DNA from: an uncultured Lachnospiraceae bacterium
Lineage (GTDB): Bacteria > Bacillota > Clostridia > Lachnospirales > Lachnospiraceae
Direction: 5' to 3'
Length of the DNA: 64,000 nucleotides
Assembly: GCA_910585635.1 (NCBI GenBank)
Contig: CAJUFE010000014.1
Coordinates: forward strand, 3,675-67,674
Numbering within the stretch: position 1 is the first letter of the stretch; each line of letters begins with the position of its first letter. Positions 10,019 through 21,137 of the stretch are shown here, in pieces. Below the pieces are notes generated by a model, which was not told the DNA's origin, did not search any database, and saw only the letters and a program-made list of their open reading frames with translations. A program made the position numbers and the translations under genes.

Positions 10019-11410
10019 TTACAGAACAGCCTGCCTCTTTGCCTCGATGGCGGCATTGGCCTGTTCAACTTTCAGCTTGGACAGCAGGAAGGCGATCAGC
10101 AGGTTGATGAGCATGGGGATCCAAAGGTACATGAAGTAGAGCATGTTGATACAGGAGTCGGCCTGGGTGGGCATATTGGCCACATAGCCGCTGGCGGCCA
10201 GCATCCATCCGGCCAGGGCGGTGCCGATGCCCCCTCCGATCTTCACCCCTAAGGAGGTGCAGGAATACATGGTCCCGTCGATCCGTTTGCCCTTGGTCAG
10301 GAAGGTGTATTCGGAGCAGGAGGCGATCAGGGCGTTCAGGTCGCCCTGGAGGGGGCTCATGCCTATAGCGGCTATCCCAGAGAAGACCAGCATCATGGGG
10401 ATATTGCCCAGATAGCCGCCTGCCACCACCAGGCCCCGGGCGATGGTGGCCAGGAGATAGCCCGTCAGATTGATCGTATACATCCCGTTCATCTTTTTGA
10501 CCAGTATAGGGGTCATGACCAGCCCCAGGATCATAGGGATGTTGATCGCCATGGAAAATACGCCGAGGAGCGAGGCATTTCCCAGGATATAGGTCATAAA
10601 ATAGATCCCCATGTTCAGGGTGGCGGTATAGATCTGGGTCAGGATATAGACACAGCAGATGATGATATAAAACTTATTCGCCGCCAGCAGACGGGCCGCG
10701 TCGCCCAGACTGTACTTTTCCTTTTTGCTGTCGGCTGTACCGCCCTCTCCCGGGCCGTCGGTCCCCTCTGCCAGCTCCTTAGGCGAAAGCTCCCGGACCG
10801 ATAAGGTGGAAAGGGAATTGACCACCAGGCCGATGACGGCATAGATGATCGCCACGGTGCGCCAGCCGGCCGCTCCGCCGCCCAGGCTCTTCACAAAGTC
10901 CACCGTGACCGTCTGGATCAGGAGGCTGGTGCCAAAGGCGAACATAAAACGGATCGAACCCATCTGGACCCGCTCCCCGCCATTTTTCGTGATCAGGGCG
11001 GTCAATGCGGAGTAGGCGATATTGTTGGCTGTGTAGAATACCGCGTTCAGCAGGGTATAGGCGATGAAGAACCAAGCGTACTTAGCTCCTTCCCCCAGGC
11101 TGGCAGGGATGGCGAATATCCCGATCAGTGTGGCCGCGCAGCCGAAATACCCCCAGAACATCCAGGGACGTGCCTTTCCCATCCGTGTGTGGGTCTTATC
11201 GATCATGGAGCCGAAGAAGATATCCGTCACGCCGTCAAAAAGCTTGGAGAACATCATCAGCGTCCCCACGATCCCCGCATTTAACCCCACCGTATCCGTC
11301 AGATAGATCATCACAAAGGAAGACAGCAGCGCATAGACCACATTTCCCGCCACATCTCCCGAGCCATATCCCACTTTATTGTACCACTTTAAATACGTTC
11401 TCTCTTTCAT
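10019..11410 (-). CDS. Glycoside-pentoside-hexuronide (GPH) cation symporter, MFS
   Basis: GYGSGD, DKTHTRMGKARPW, about 12 TM segments; downstream of beta-galactosidase. Confidence 0.9.
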   Translation of the reverse strand: MKERTYLKWYNKVGYGSGDVAGNVVYALLSSFVMIYLTDTVGLNAGIVGTLMMFSKLFDGVTDIFFGSMIDKTHTRMGKARPWMFWGYFGCAATLIGIFAIPASLGEGAKYAWFFIAYTLLNAVFYTANNIAYSALTALITKNGGERVQMGSIRFMFAFGTSLLIQTVTVDFVKSLGGGAAGWRTVAIIYAVIGLVVNSLSTLSVRELSPKELAEGTDGPGEGGTADSKKEKYSLGDAARLLAANKFYIIICCVYILTQIYTATLNMGIYFMTYILGNASLLGVFSMAINIPMILGLVMTPILVKKMNGMYTINLTGYLLATIARGLVVAGGYLGNIPMMLVFSGIAAIGMSPLQGDLNALIASCSEYTFLTKGKRIDGTMYSCTSLGVKIGGGIGTALAGWMLAASGYVANMPTQADSCINMLYFMYLWIPMLINLLIAFLLSKLKVEQANAAIEAKRQAVL

Positions 11411-11448
11411 CCTGTCCTCTCTCCTTTCCTCTCATCGTACCCTGTCCT

Positions 11449-14673
<3,225 letters not shown>

Positions 14674-14771
14674 CTATTGGACAAAACATGCACAAAATGA
14701 TACAATGTTGTCACACACTGATACGATCGATCTGCACGATCTTGAAGGATCTGGATAGGGAGGGCCTTACT

Positions 14772-15656
14772 ATGTATGTGAACAGTGCTTACAAGAATAA
14801 TTCCCGGATGGATTTTAAGGATAAGACCCACGCACTGTCCGTGGGCAGCTGCGGGACCTACCACCTCTATACCCGTCCGTTCCTGCCCACCCACAGGCCA
14901 AGGGGCAGAGTAGATTTCCAGCTTTTGTATATCGCTTCCGGGAAAGCCTATTTTTATCTCAAGGGAAAAGAAGAGATCGTGACGGCCGGGCATATGGTGC
15001 TCTACCGGCCAAAAGAAGAACAGAAATACCGTTATCACGGCGAGGACCAGACCGAGGTCTACTGGGTCCATTTTACAGGGAACAATGTGACGAACATCCT
15101 GCGCAAATACGGCATCAGCGACAAGATGCAGATCCTCTACACAGGGGTATCCATGGAATATAAGCGGATCTATACCGAGATGATCCAAGAGCTGCAGCTC
15201 TGCCAGGAGGGCCATGAAGAGCTCCTGGCCCTCCTCCTGCGCCAGCTCCTGCTGCTGGTGGGCCGGCGGATCAGCTGCCGGCCCAAGCTGAAGAACGGAT
15301 TTCTGGCGGACGAGATCGAGCAGGCCGCCAGATCCTTTAGAGAGGATTATAACAAGCCGGTGAACATCGAGGGCTATGCCGCCTCCCGGGGCATGAGCAC
15401 CAGCTGGTTCATCCGGGGTTTTAAGGAATATATGGGCTTTACCCCCATGCAGTATATCCTGTCGATCCGGATCTCCAGCGCACAGAGCCTGCTGGAGACC
15501 ACAGAGTACAATATCGCGGAGATCGCCGCCATCGTCGGCTATGACGATCCCCTGTATTTTAGCCGTCTTTTTAAGAAGCAGATCGGGGTCTCCCCCTCGG
15601 AGTTCCGCAAGCGGATCTGTAATGGGACCACCTCCTCTGGAGCATTTAAGGGATAA
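14772..15656 (+). CDS. AraC family regulator (likely lactose/galactoside-responsive)
   Basis: N-terminal cupin, C-terminal IAEIAAIVGYDDPLYFSRLFKK; divergent from lacZ; GGAGGG RBS. Confidence 0.9.
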   Translation: MYVNSAYKNNSRMDFKDKTHALSVGSCGTYHLYTRPFLPTHRPRGRVDFQLLYIASGKAYFYLKGKEEIVTAGHMVLYRPKEEQKYRYHGEDQTEVYWVHFTGNNVTNILRKYGISDKMQILYTGVSMEYKRIYTEMIQELQLCQEGHEELLALLLRQLLLLVGRRISCRPKLKNGFLADEIEQAARSFREDYNKPVNIEGYAASRGMSTSWFIRGFKEYMGFTPMQYILSIRISSAQSLLETTEYNIAEIAAIVGYDDPLYFSRLFKKQIGVSPSEFRKRICNGTTSSGAFKG

Positions 15657-15808
15657 GACTACTATCATGATGCGGTTGCAGGACAGGAGCCTGGAAAAAT
15701 TATCATCAAACGTTCAAAATACAACTTCGAGAAGTTATAAAATTGTGTTATACTATAGCTGTCAAGAGAGAAACCGAAAAACAATGGCCAAGATAAGAGA
15801 GGAGAAAA

Positions 15809-15946
15809 ATGGAGATCATGACAGATAAACAATTTGATAAGATCATCCTGATGTTCGAGATGATCCTTGAAGGGTGCAAAGATCTTGAGGATGCAAAAAG
15901 AAAAATAAAGGAACTGCGGGAGGACAAAAAGGAAAAGGCAGAATGA
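15809..15946 (+). CDS. 45 aa small charged protein, absent from the ORF track
   Basis: MEIMTDKQFDKIILMFEMILEGCKDLEDAKRKIKELREDKKEKAE; AGAGGAG RBS; upstream TGtTATACT extended -10. Confidence 0.7.
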   Translation: MEIMTDKQFDKIILMFEMILEGCKDLEDAKRKIKELREDKKEKAE

Positions 15947-15993
15947 TCAGCCGAGTGATCAGGCGATCAGAGGGAGATCTTGGATGGCGGACC

Positions 15994-16035
15994 AAGGGGA
16001 GGGTATAGATCCTGTCATGGATATGCCCTCCCCTT
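15994..16035. terminator. Hairpin between convergent genes
   Basis: aaggggagggtata ... tatgccctcccctt. Confidence 0.55.
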
Positions 16036-16082
16036 AGTCTATACTGATCGATATCTGTCCCCTATCGGAAAACATCGATCAC

Positions 16083-17219
16083 TCATGATACACCCTTTCC
16101 ATCCTCGATGCTCCTGATCGCCGCCTCCCCGGCCTGGGCCAGCTCCTTGAACTCCTCGATCGTGGCCTTCATCTGGGGCAGGGCCTTCTGCTTGTACTGG
16201 CTGATCTGCTCCAATGCCCCCAGGGTCTCCACAAAGGCATTTTTCAGGGTATCCACCTGGATATTGGACTCCATGGCCTGCTTCTGGATCTCCACCCCCT
16301 GGGTGTTCAGCATCCGGGAGGTGGCTTCGATCATGTTGTTGGTGGTCTGGTTCAAGAGCTTCACCTTCTCCAGCACGATCTTCTGGTCATAGAGGGCTCC
16401 GGCCACCGTGACTGCTACGTTCAGAGCGGCGATCGTCACGGTCTGAGCTCGGTTAACAGACCGGATCAGCACCAGGTTGTTCTTGCGGATCACCTCCATG
16501 GCGATGATCCCGTTCTGGTTTACCGCCAGCATCTGGTTAAAATCCATCATCCGCTGCCGTAAGGGGAACAGGATCTCCTCCTCGATGAACCTGATCTTCT
16601 CCGAATCCCCGTTCGCCGCCTTCTGCCGGTCGATCTGCTCCGACAGATAGGCCTCCAGCTCCCCGCCCAGCACGATCTTCTGGTTCAGCTGTTTGGTCAG
16701 GTCCCGCATAGAGGCCTGCTCCAGCTCCAGGGTGGTATTATCATCCTTAAGGACCTTCGCCCCCTTCTCCAGGGACCGGATGATCTCGGCGATCGCCGTG
16801 TCCGCCGCTTTATACTTATTAAAGTAAGCCCTCACCGGGTTAAAGAGCTTCCCCAAAGGTCCCCGCTTCATGAAATCAATGCCGGAGGGGTCTAAGTCCT
16901 TCATCTGCTCGGAGAGCTGTTCCAGGCCCTTAGCCACGGTCCCGCCCTCGCCCCCGGCCCGGGACAGGTCCCCGATCCTGGTCTTTAACAGGTCGTTCTT
17001 GCCCGAGGAGGCCTTCACCACATCCGCGCCGAACTCCTCGATCGCCTTGGTCAGCTCCCTGCGGCTCTCCAGGTCTTCAATATCAGCCTGGACGATCTCC
17101 GCCCCCTTTTGCTTCGACACATCGGAGATCATCAGGGTGGTGGCAGGCTCCAGGGCGGTCTCCTCCTCCACCAGCTTTTTGATCTCCTCCTTTTGCGGGA
17201 TATCTAATGTAAATGCCAT
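16083..17219 (-). CDS. Toxic anion resistance protein, TelA family
   Basis: All-helical; LSEQMKDLDP, YFNKY, IRKNNLVLIRSVNRA, VAVTVA.AL..QK.VL motifs. Confidence 0.85.
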   Translation of the reverse strand: MAFTLDIPQKEEIKKLVEEETALEPATTLMISDVSKQKGAEIVQADIEDLESRRELTKAIEEFGADVVKASSGKNDLLKTRIGDLSRAGGEGGTVAKGLEQLSEQMKDLDPSGIDFMKRGPLGKLFNPVRAYFNKYKAADTAIAEIIRSLEKGAKVLKDDNTTLELEQASMRDLTKQLNQKIVLGGELEAYLSEQIDRQKAANGDSEKIRFIEEEILFPLRQRMMDFNQMLAVNQNGIIAMEVIRKNNLVLIRSVNRAQTVTIAALNVAVTVAGALYDQKIVLEKVKLLNQTTNNMIEATSRMLNTQGVEIQKQAMESNIQVDTLKNAFVETLGALEQISQYKQKALPQMKATIEEFKELAQAGEAAIRSIEDGKGVS

Positions 17220-17231
17220 ATCTTCCTCCTA

Positions 17232-18917
17232 TCACAGGCTTGAATTGAACAGATTTTTCAGCTTATAGATCACGTCGTCGGAATCCGCGTTGATGCTGGC
17301 CGCCTCGTTGATCGCGGAGATGCTCTCCAGGGCGGGGATATCCGCGTTATAGCCGATCGTGTAGATCGGGATGTTCAGCGCGTCCAGGGGCTGCTGGATA
17401 TCCTTTAAGGAATAGCCCCGGTTGGTCTCCCCGTCGGACAGGACGAACATCATCATCTTAGCGTCCGGGTAGGTCTCCTTAGCCTTGATCAGCATATTAG
17501 CGGCCACCACGATCCCGTCAAAGGTGGCGGTCCCGCCTGCAGCGCTCAAGGTCTCCACCGCCCCCTTAAAGGCGGCCTGATGGTTCAGATCGAAGGGCTG
17601 GATCGGCACATTGATCACCACATCGTCGGAATAGGACACCAGCCCCACATAATTGGTGGTGTTGATGTAGCGCATCCCGTTGATCAGAGAGGTCTTTAAG
17701 GCGTTCAGCGGCTCTCCGTCCATGGAGCCGGACACATCGGCCACGAACACAGCCAGGATCGGCTTGCCGTTATCCTTCTCCGTCTTCCACAGCTCCTGAG
17801 CGCTCAGGAGCACATCCCCGTCCACCGGGCTCTGTTCTACCGTATAGTGGAGGTCCACGTTAAAGCCGTGATCGACGGCCAGCTTTTGGTTCTCCGGGGT
17901 CTGGCAGTACTCCGCGAAGAGCCGCAGGATCTCCTTTTTCTGCGGGTCGGCATCCTTGGTGGTATATAAAGGATTGGTATGCAGGAAGCCAAAGGGCGTG
18001 AACTCATATTTCCGCACCAGGTCGGCGTCATTGATATAGGTCTGGTACTCCATCACAAACCCGTCTAAAGTCCCGGTCTCCGCCGCATCCCGCATCTGGA
18101 GGGTGGTGTAGGCCACAAAGGGGACATTGGCCTGGAAGGACAGGAAGCCATCCACCGCGTCCACTGCCAAGGGGTCTTTGGCATCATAGGTCTGGAGGGT
18201 GGAGATCAGGAAGTTCAGGCCGGTGGCCGAGGCATAGGGGTTGGTGTATCCCATGGCGAACTCCCCGTTGGCCGTGGCTTCCACGATCGTTTTCAGATTG
18301 ATCGAGCCGTACTGGGCCAGCAGCTTTTTCTGGGTGTCCTTGGAGAGCAGGATCCCCGCCGTATTATCTACCAGGCGATCGCTGACCGTCTCCAGATCCA
18401 CGCCGTCGGTCGTCAGCATCTTCCCCCAGAAGTCGTTGGAGGGCGAATAGCCGTCCGGGATATATTTGCCGCTGCGGATGTAGTCCATCCCCAGGCCGGA
18501 GGCCACGTTCCGGATCATCACGGACACCGGCTGTCCGTCCACTGTAAAACCGGCCCGGTTGAACTGCTCTGCTACCTCGTTCATCCAGCCGTCCTTTCCC
18601 TTGCCGCATTTTTCTGCGGTGGCAAAGATCTCCGCGTACAGACCGGAGTTGGGTCCTACCGTGATCTCATTGGTATCGATATCCGGCAGCTCGTCCACCG
18701 TCACGTCGGTCAGCTCCACCGGGGACTTCACCACCTCCGCCACAGACGGAGCGATCCTCTTCTCATACCGCTCCAGAGTGGCGACGGCGGATTCTGTGTT
18801 GATCGTCTTCGGCGTTTTTTTCGCGTTCCTGGTGAGGAGGATCCCGGCAAATACCACGGCAAATACCAGCACCCCCAGGCCTGCGATGATCGCGGCCTGC
18901 ATCTTGTTGTTCTTCAT
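17232..18917 (-). CDS. Membrane-anchored solute-binding-like domain plus vWA domain protein
   Basis: N-terminal TM; MGYTNPYASATG; vWA MIDAS DVSGSM, GGTATFDG, LSDGE. Confidence 0.85.
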   Translation of the reverse strand: MKNNKMQAAIIAGLGVLVFAVVFAGILLTRNAKKTPKTINTESAVATLERYEKRIAPSVAEVVKSPVELTDVTVDELPDIDTNEITVGPNSGLYAEIFATAEKCGKGKDGWMNEVAEQFNRAGFTVDGQPVSVMIRNVASGLGMDYIRSGKYIPDGYSPSNDFWGKMLTTDGVDLETVSDRLVDNTAGILLSKDTQKKLLAQYGSINLKTIVEATANGEFAMGYTNPYASATGLNFLISTLQTYDAKDPLAVDAVDGFLSFQANVPFVAYTTLQMRDAAETGTLDGFVMEYQTYINDADLVRKYEFTPFGFLHTNPLYTTKDADPQKKEILRLFAEYCQTPENQKLAVDHGFNVDLHYTVEQSPVDGDVLLSAQELWKTEKDNGKPILAVFVADVSGSMDGEPLNALKTSLINGMRYINTTNYVGLVSYSDDVVINVPIQPFDLNHQAAFKGAVETLSAAGGTATFDGIVVAANMLIKAKETYPDAKMMMFVLSDGETNRGYSLKDIQQPLDALNIPIYTIGYNADIPALESISAINEAASINADSDDVIYKLKNLFNSSL

Positions 18918-18945
18918 CCTATTTCTCCTTTATCTAAGATCATCT

Positions 18946-19033
18946 ATAATACTCCAACTGGGCCAAAAGCCCGTCGATCTGCGCGGCAGCCTGGTCGATC
19001 GCCTGCTCTGGCTGCTCTAGGTCCGACATCTCC
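18946..19033. repeat. 88 bp direct repeat, copy 1 (stranded original 3' end of the gene at 19689-20423)
   Basis: 85/88 identical to 19698-19785; reads ...AQIDGLLAQLEYYR* on the minus strand. Confidence 0.92.
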
Positions 19034-19081
19034 CTGTTTGGGGGATACACCTCCCGAAAAAATATCCTAAGCCAGATCTGT

Positions 19082-19390
19082 TCACGAAGGTATCGGAACA
19101 CTTTCCATATATAGCATATCTTTGCAAAGATCGATCTGATTCTCCCAATGCACGGAGCTATCTACGTCATCGTCAATATCCCAAGCGACATTCCCAACCT
19201 CATTTATGAAAACACGATAAAATTTTTCTTTGTCCTTTAAAATCTCAAAAACCCCAGTTAACTCATGTTCCATGCTATATTTCCTTTTTTCTCCATTATC
19301 AAAAGTAAGCAGTAAGCTATGATCCTCAAGTGGTCTTACTTCTTTGATCTTTCTGGGATCTGCAAAATATTTTTGTACTCTATCCTCCAT
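19082..19390 (-). CDS. DUF2442 family protein (putative antitoxin)
   Basis: IKEVRPLEDHSLLLTFDNGEKR...F..LKD...F..V...GNVAW...IDLC.D.LY pattern; follows a DUF4160 gene. Confidence 0.8.
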   Translation of the reverse strand: MEDRVQKYFADPRKIKEVRPLEDHSLLLTFDNGEKRKYSMEHELTGVFEILKDKEKFYRVFINEVGNVAWDIDDDVDSSVHWENQIDLCKDMLYMESVPIPS

Positions 19391-19402
19391 CGCACGCCTC
19401 CG

Positions 19403-19655
19403 CTATCTTAATGGGTCGATCTGGAACAGCATTTCTTTCTGTTTTGCGAGATACCAATTTTCTTTTAATTCCTCCTGATGCAGTGCCGCCCAACCCATGA
19501 GCATTTTTAGCTGTTTATTCGGCATATCCCCATTTAATCTTTCAATCTCGTTTATGTCTATGCAACACTCATATATATGCGTGAAAATGGGGCGGCATAT
19601 GGTCGTTATAATTGATATAGATCTTGATCCCTCTAAATGTACATATGATCGGCAT
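19403..19655 (-). pseudogene. DUF4160 family (HicA-like) toxin, frameshifted
   Basis: MPIICTFRGIKIYINYNDHMPPHFHAY, frame break at ~19572-19578, then YECCIDINEIERLNGDMPNKQLKMLMGWAALHQEELKENWYLAKQKEMLFQIDPLR*. Confidence 0.85.
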
Positions 19656-19688
19656 GATCATCTTCCCTCTTTCTAAAATGAGCGCTAT

Positions 19689-20423
19689 CTACTGTCGATA
19701 ATACCCCAACTGGGCCAAAAGCCCATCGATCTGCGCGGCAGCCTGGTCGATCGCCTGCTCTGGCTGCTCTAAGTCCGACATCTCCGCCATCAGATGGTCC
19801 ACCTCCAGGAGGATCTTCTCATTCTTCTCTAAGATCTGCCGGAGGCTGGCCAGGTTCCCGTCATAGAGCTTCTTCTTCTCCTCCTGGACCTGGTCCGGGA
19901 TCGCGTCGTGCCGATAGGCGTCCGAGGAGAGATGCTGGTATTCCGCCTCGTCAAAGATGATCATCTTATTGGCCATCTTCACATACCCCTTGGACAATGC
20001 CTCCGAGGCCGAGCGGACCACCCCCATGAATTTTTCATAACTCAACGTTCCCGCACCAAAGCGCTGATCCACCAGCTTTTCATAATTGGCCTCCACATTC
20101 TCCAGGCGCTGCATCTGGGAAAGGGCGGATCTGGCGATCGGCCCCAGGACTTTTCCCGAGCGATGGTCCTCCAAAAGCTCCGCAGCCCGCTCTCCTGCCT
20201 TCTCCCCGTCCGCCTCCAAGAGCGCCACCTTCTTTTCCGCCAGCAGGCTCCTGTTCATCAGGACGAATGTGGGGACCGCCACCACGCCGATGGCTACGGA
20301 GGCCGCCGCTGCTATGGCATTGGGGCTGGAGAGCGATAAGCCGATCAGACCCGGCGAGTATAGACAGATGAGTACAGCCGCAAAAGCTGCATTTCCCACC
20401 AAGAGCTTGATATATCGGTCCAC
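19689..20423 (-). CDS. Membrane protein with helical C-terminal domain (XpaC-like partner of TelA)
   Basis: Two N-terminal TM segments then coiled coil; first gene of the vWA-TelA operon; GTG start after GGAGGG. Confidence 0.65.
   Translation of the reverse strand: MDRYIKLLVGNAAFAAVLICLYSPGLIGLSLSSPNAIAAAASVAIGVVAVPTFVLMNRSLLAEKKVALLEADGEKAGERAAELLEDHRSGKVLGPIARSALSQMQRLENVEANYEKLVDQRFGAGTLSYEKFMGVVRSASEALSKGYVKMANKMIIFDEAEYQHLSSDAYRHDAIPDQVQEEKKKLYDGNLASLRQILEKNEKILLEVDHLMAEMSDLEQPEQAIDQAAAQIDGLLAQLGYYRQ
19698..19785. repeat. 88 bp direct repeat, copy 2 (current 3' end of the gene)
   Basis: Matches 18946-19033 with 3 substitutions. Confidence 0.92.
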
Positions 20424-20586
20424 ATGTATCCCTCCATCTTTTTCGACATGTATCTATGGTAATGATTATACACCCTATCCGGGGGTTTGAGAAGTAAAAT
20501 CGTTACTTTTCACAGGTTGGCCAAGGGTCCGCTCCGAGTGGGACCTATATATCCATTAACGTAAGTGCGTCAGATAACAGGCATAT

Positions 20587-20630
20587 TGCAACTAAATATA
20601 GTTGCATTTTCCTTATATAGGACGTATAAT
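20587..20630 (+). promoter_or_regulatory. sigma-A promoter with overlapping palindromic operator for hicB
   Basis: TTGCAT(20602)-17 bp-TATAAT(20625); inverted repeat TGCAACT-aaatat-AGTTGCA at 20587-20606. Confidence 0.75.
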
Positions 20631-20653
20631 AAAACGAAACAGGAGGGACTTTT

Positions 20654-20998
20654 ATGAACAATACGATCGAATATAAAGGGTATGTCGGCAGCGTAGAATT
20701 TTCAGAAGAGGATGATCTGTTTTTCGGCAAGGTCATGGGGATCCGTTCGCTGATCTCTTATGAAGGCGCAGATGCGCCTAGCCTCCTTTCGGATTTTCAT
20801 AATGCGGTCGACGACTATCTCAAGGCTTGCTATGCAGAAGGGATCGAACCAGAAAAAGCTTACAAAGGCAGTTTTAATATCCGTATCTCCCCAGAACTCC
20901 ACAAGCAGCTCGTTGTCTGCGCCACATCACAGCAGATGTCGCTCAACCGGTTTATCGAAAACATATTGCAAAGATCGGTCGCCGCTATGCGTTCTTGA
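20654..20998 (+). CDS. hicB: HicB family antitoxin (orphan)
   Basis: MNNTIEYKGYVGSVEFS...FHNAVDDYL...PEKAYKGSFNIRISPELH...SLN (RNase H-like plus RHH). Confidence 0.9.
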   Translation: MNNTIEYKGYVGSVEFSEEDDLFFGKVMGIRSLISYEGADAPSLLSDFHNAVDDYLKACYAEGIEPEKAYKGSFNIRISPELHKQLVVCATSQQMSLNRFIENILQRSVAAMRS

Positions 20999-21048
20999 TC
21001 AGACTAAAGGTTATAGAGATGACCCATCCTTTTATAATGGAAGGATGC

Positions 21049-21097
21049 AAAAAGGACTGCCGCATCAGAAATATGATCTGATGCGGCAGTCCTTTTT
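21049..21097. terminator. Bidirectional intrinsic terminator
   Basis: aaaaaggactgccgcatcaga / tctgatgcggcagtccttttt between convergent hicB and nifJ. Confidence 0.85.
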
Positions 21098-21137
21098 ATT
21101 TAGCCTCTAGCGATCAAAGATCCACTGAGACTGATGA

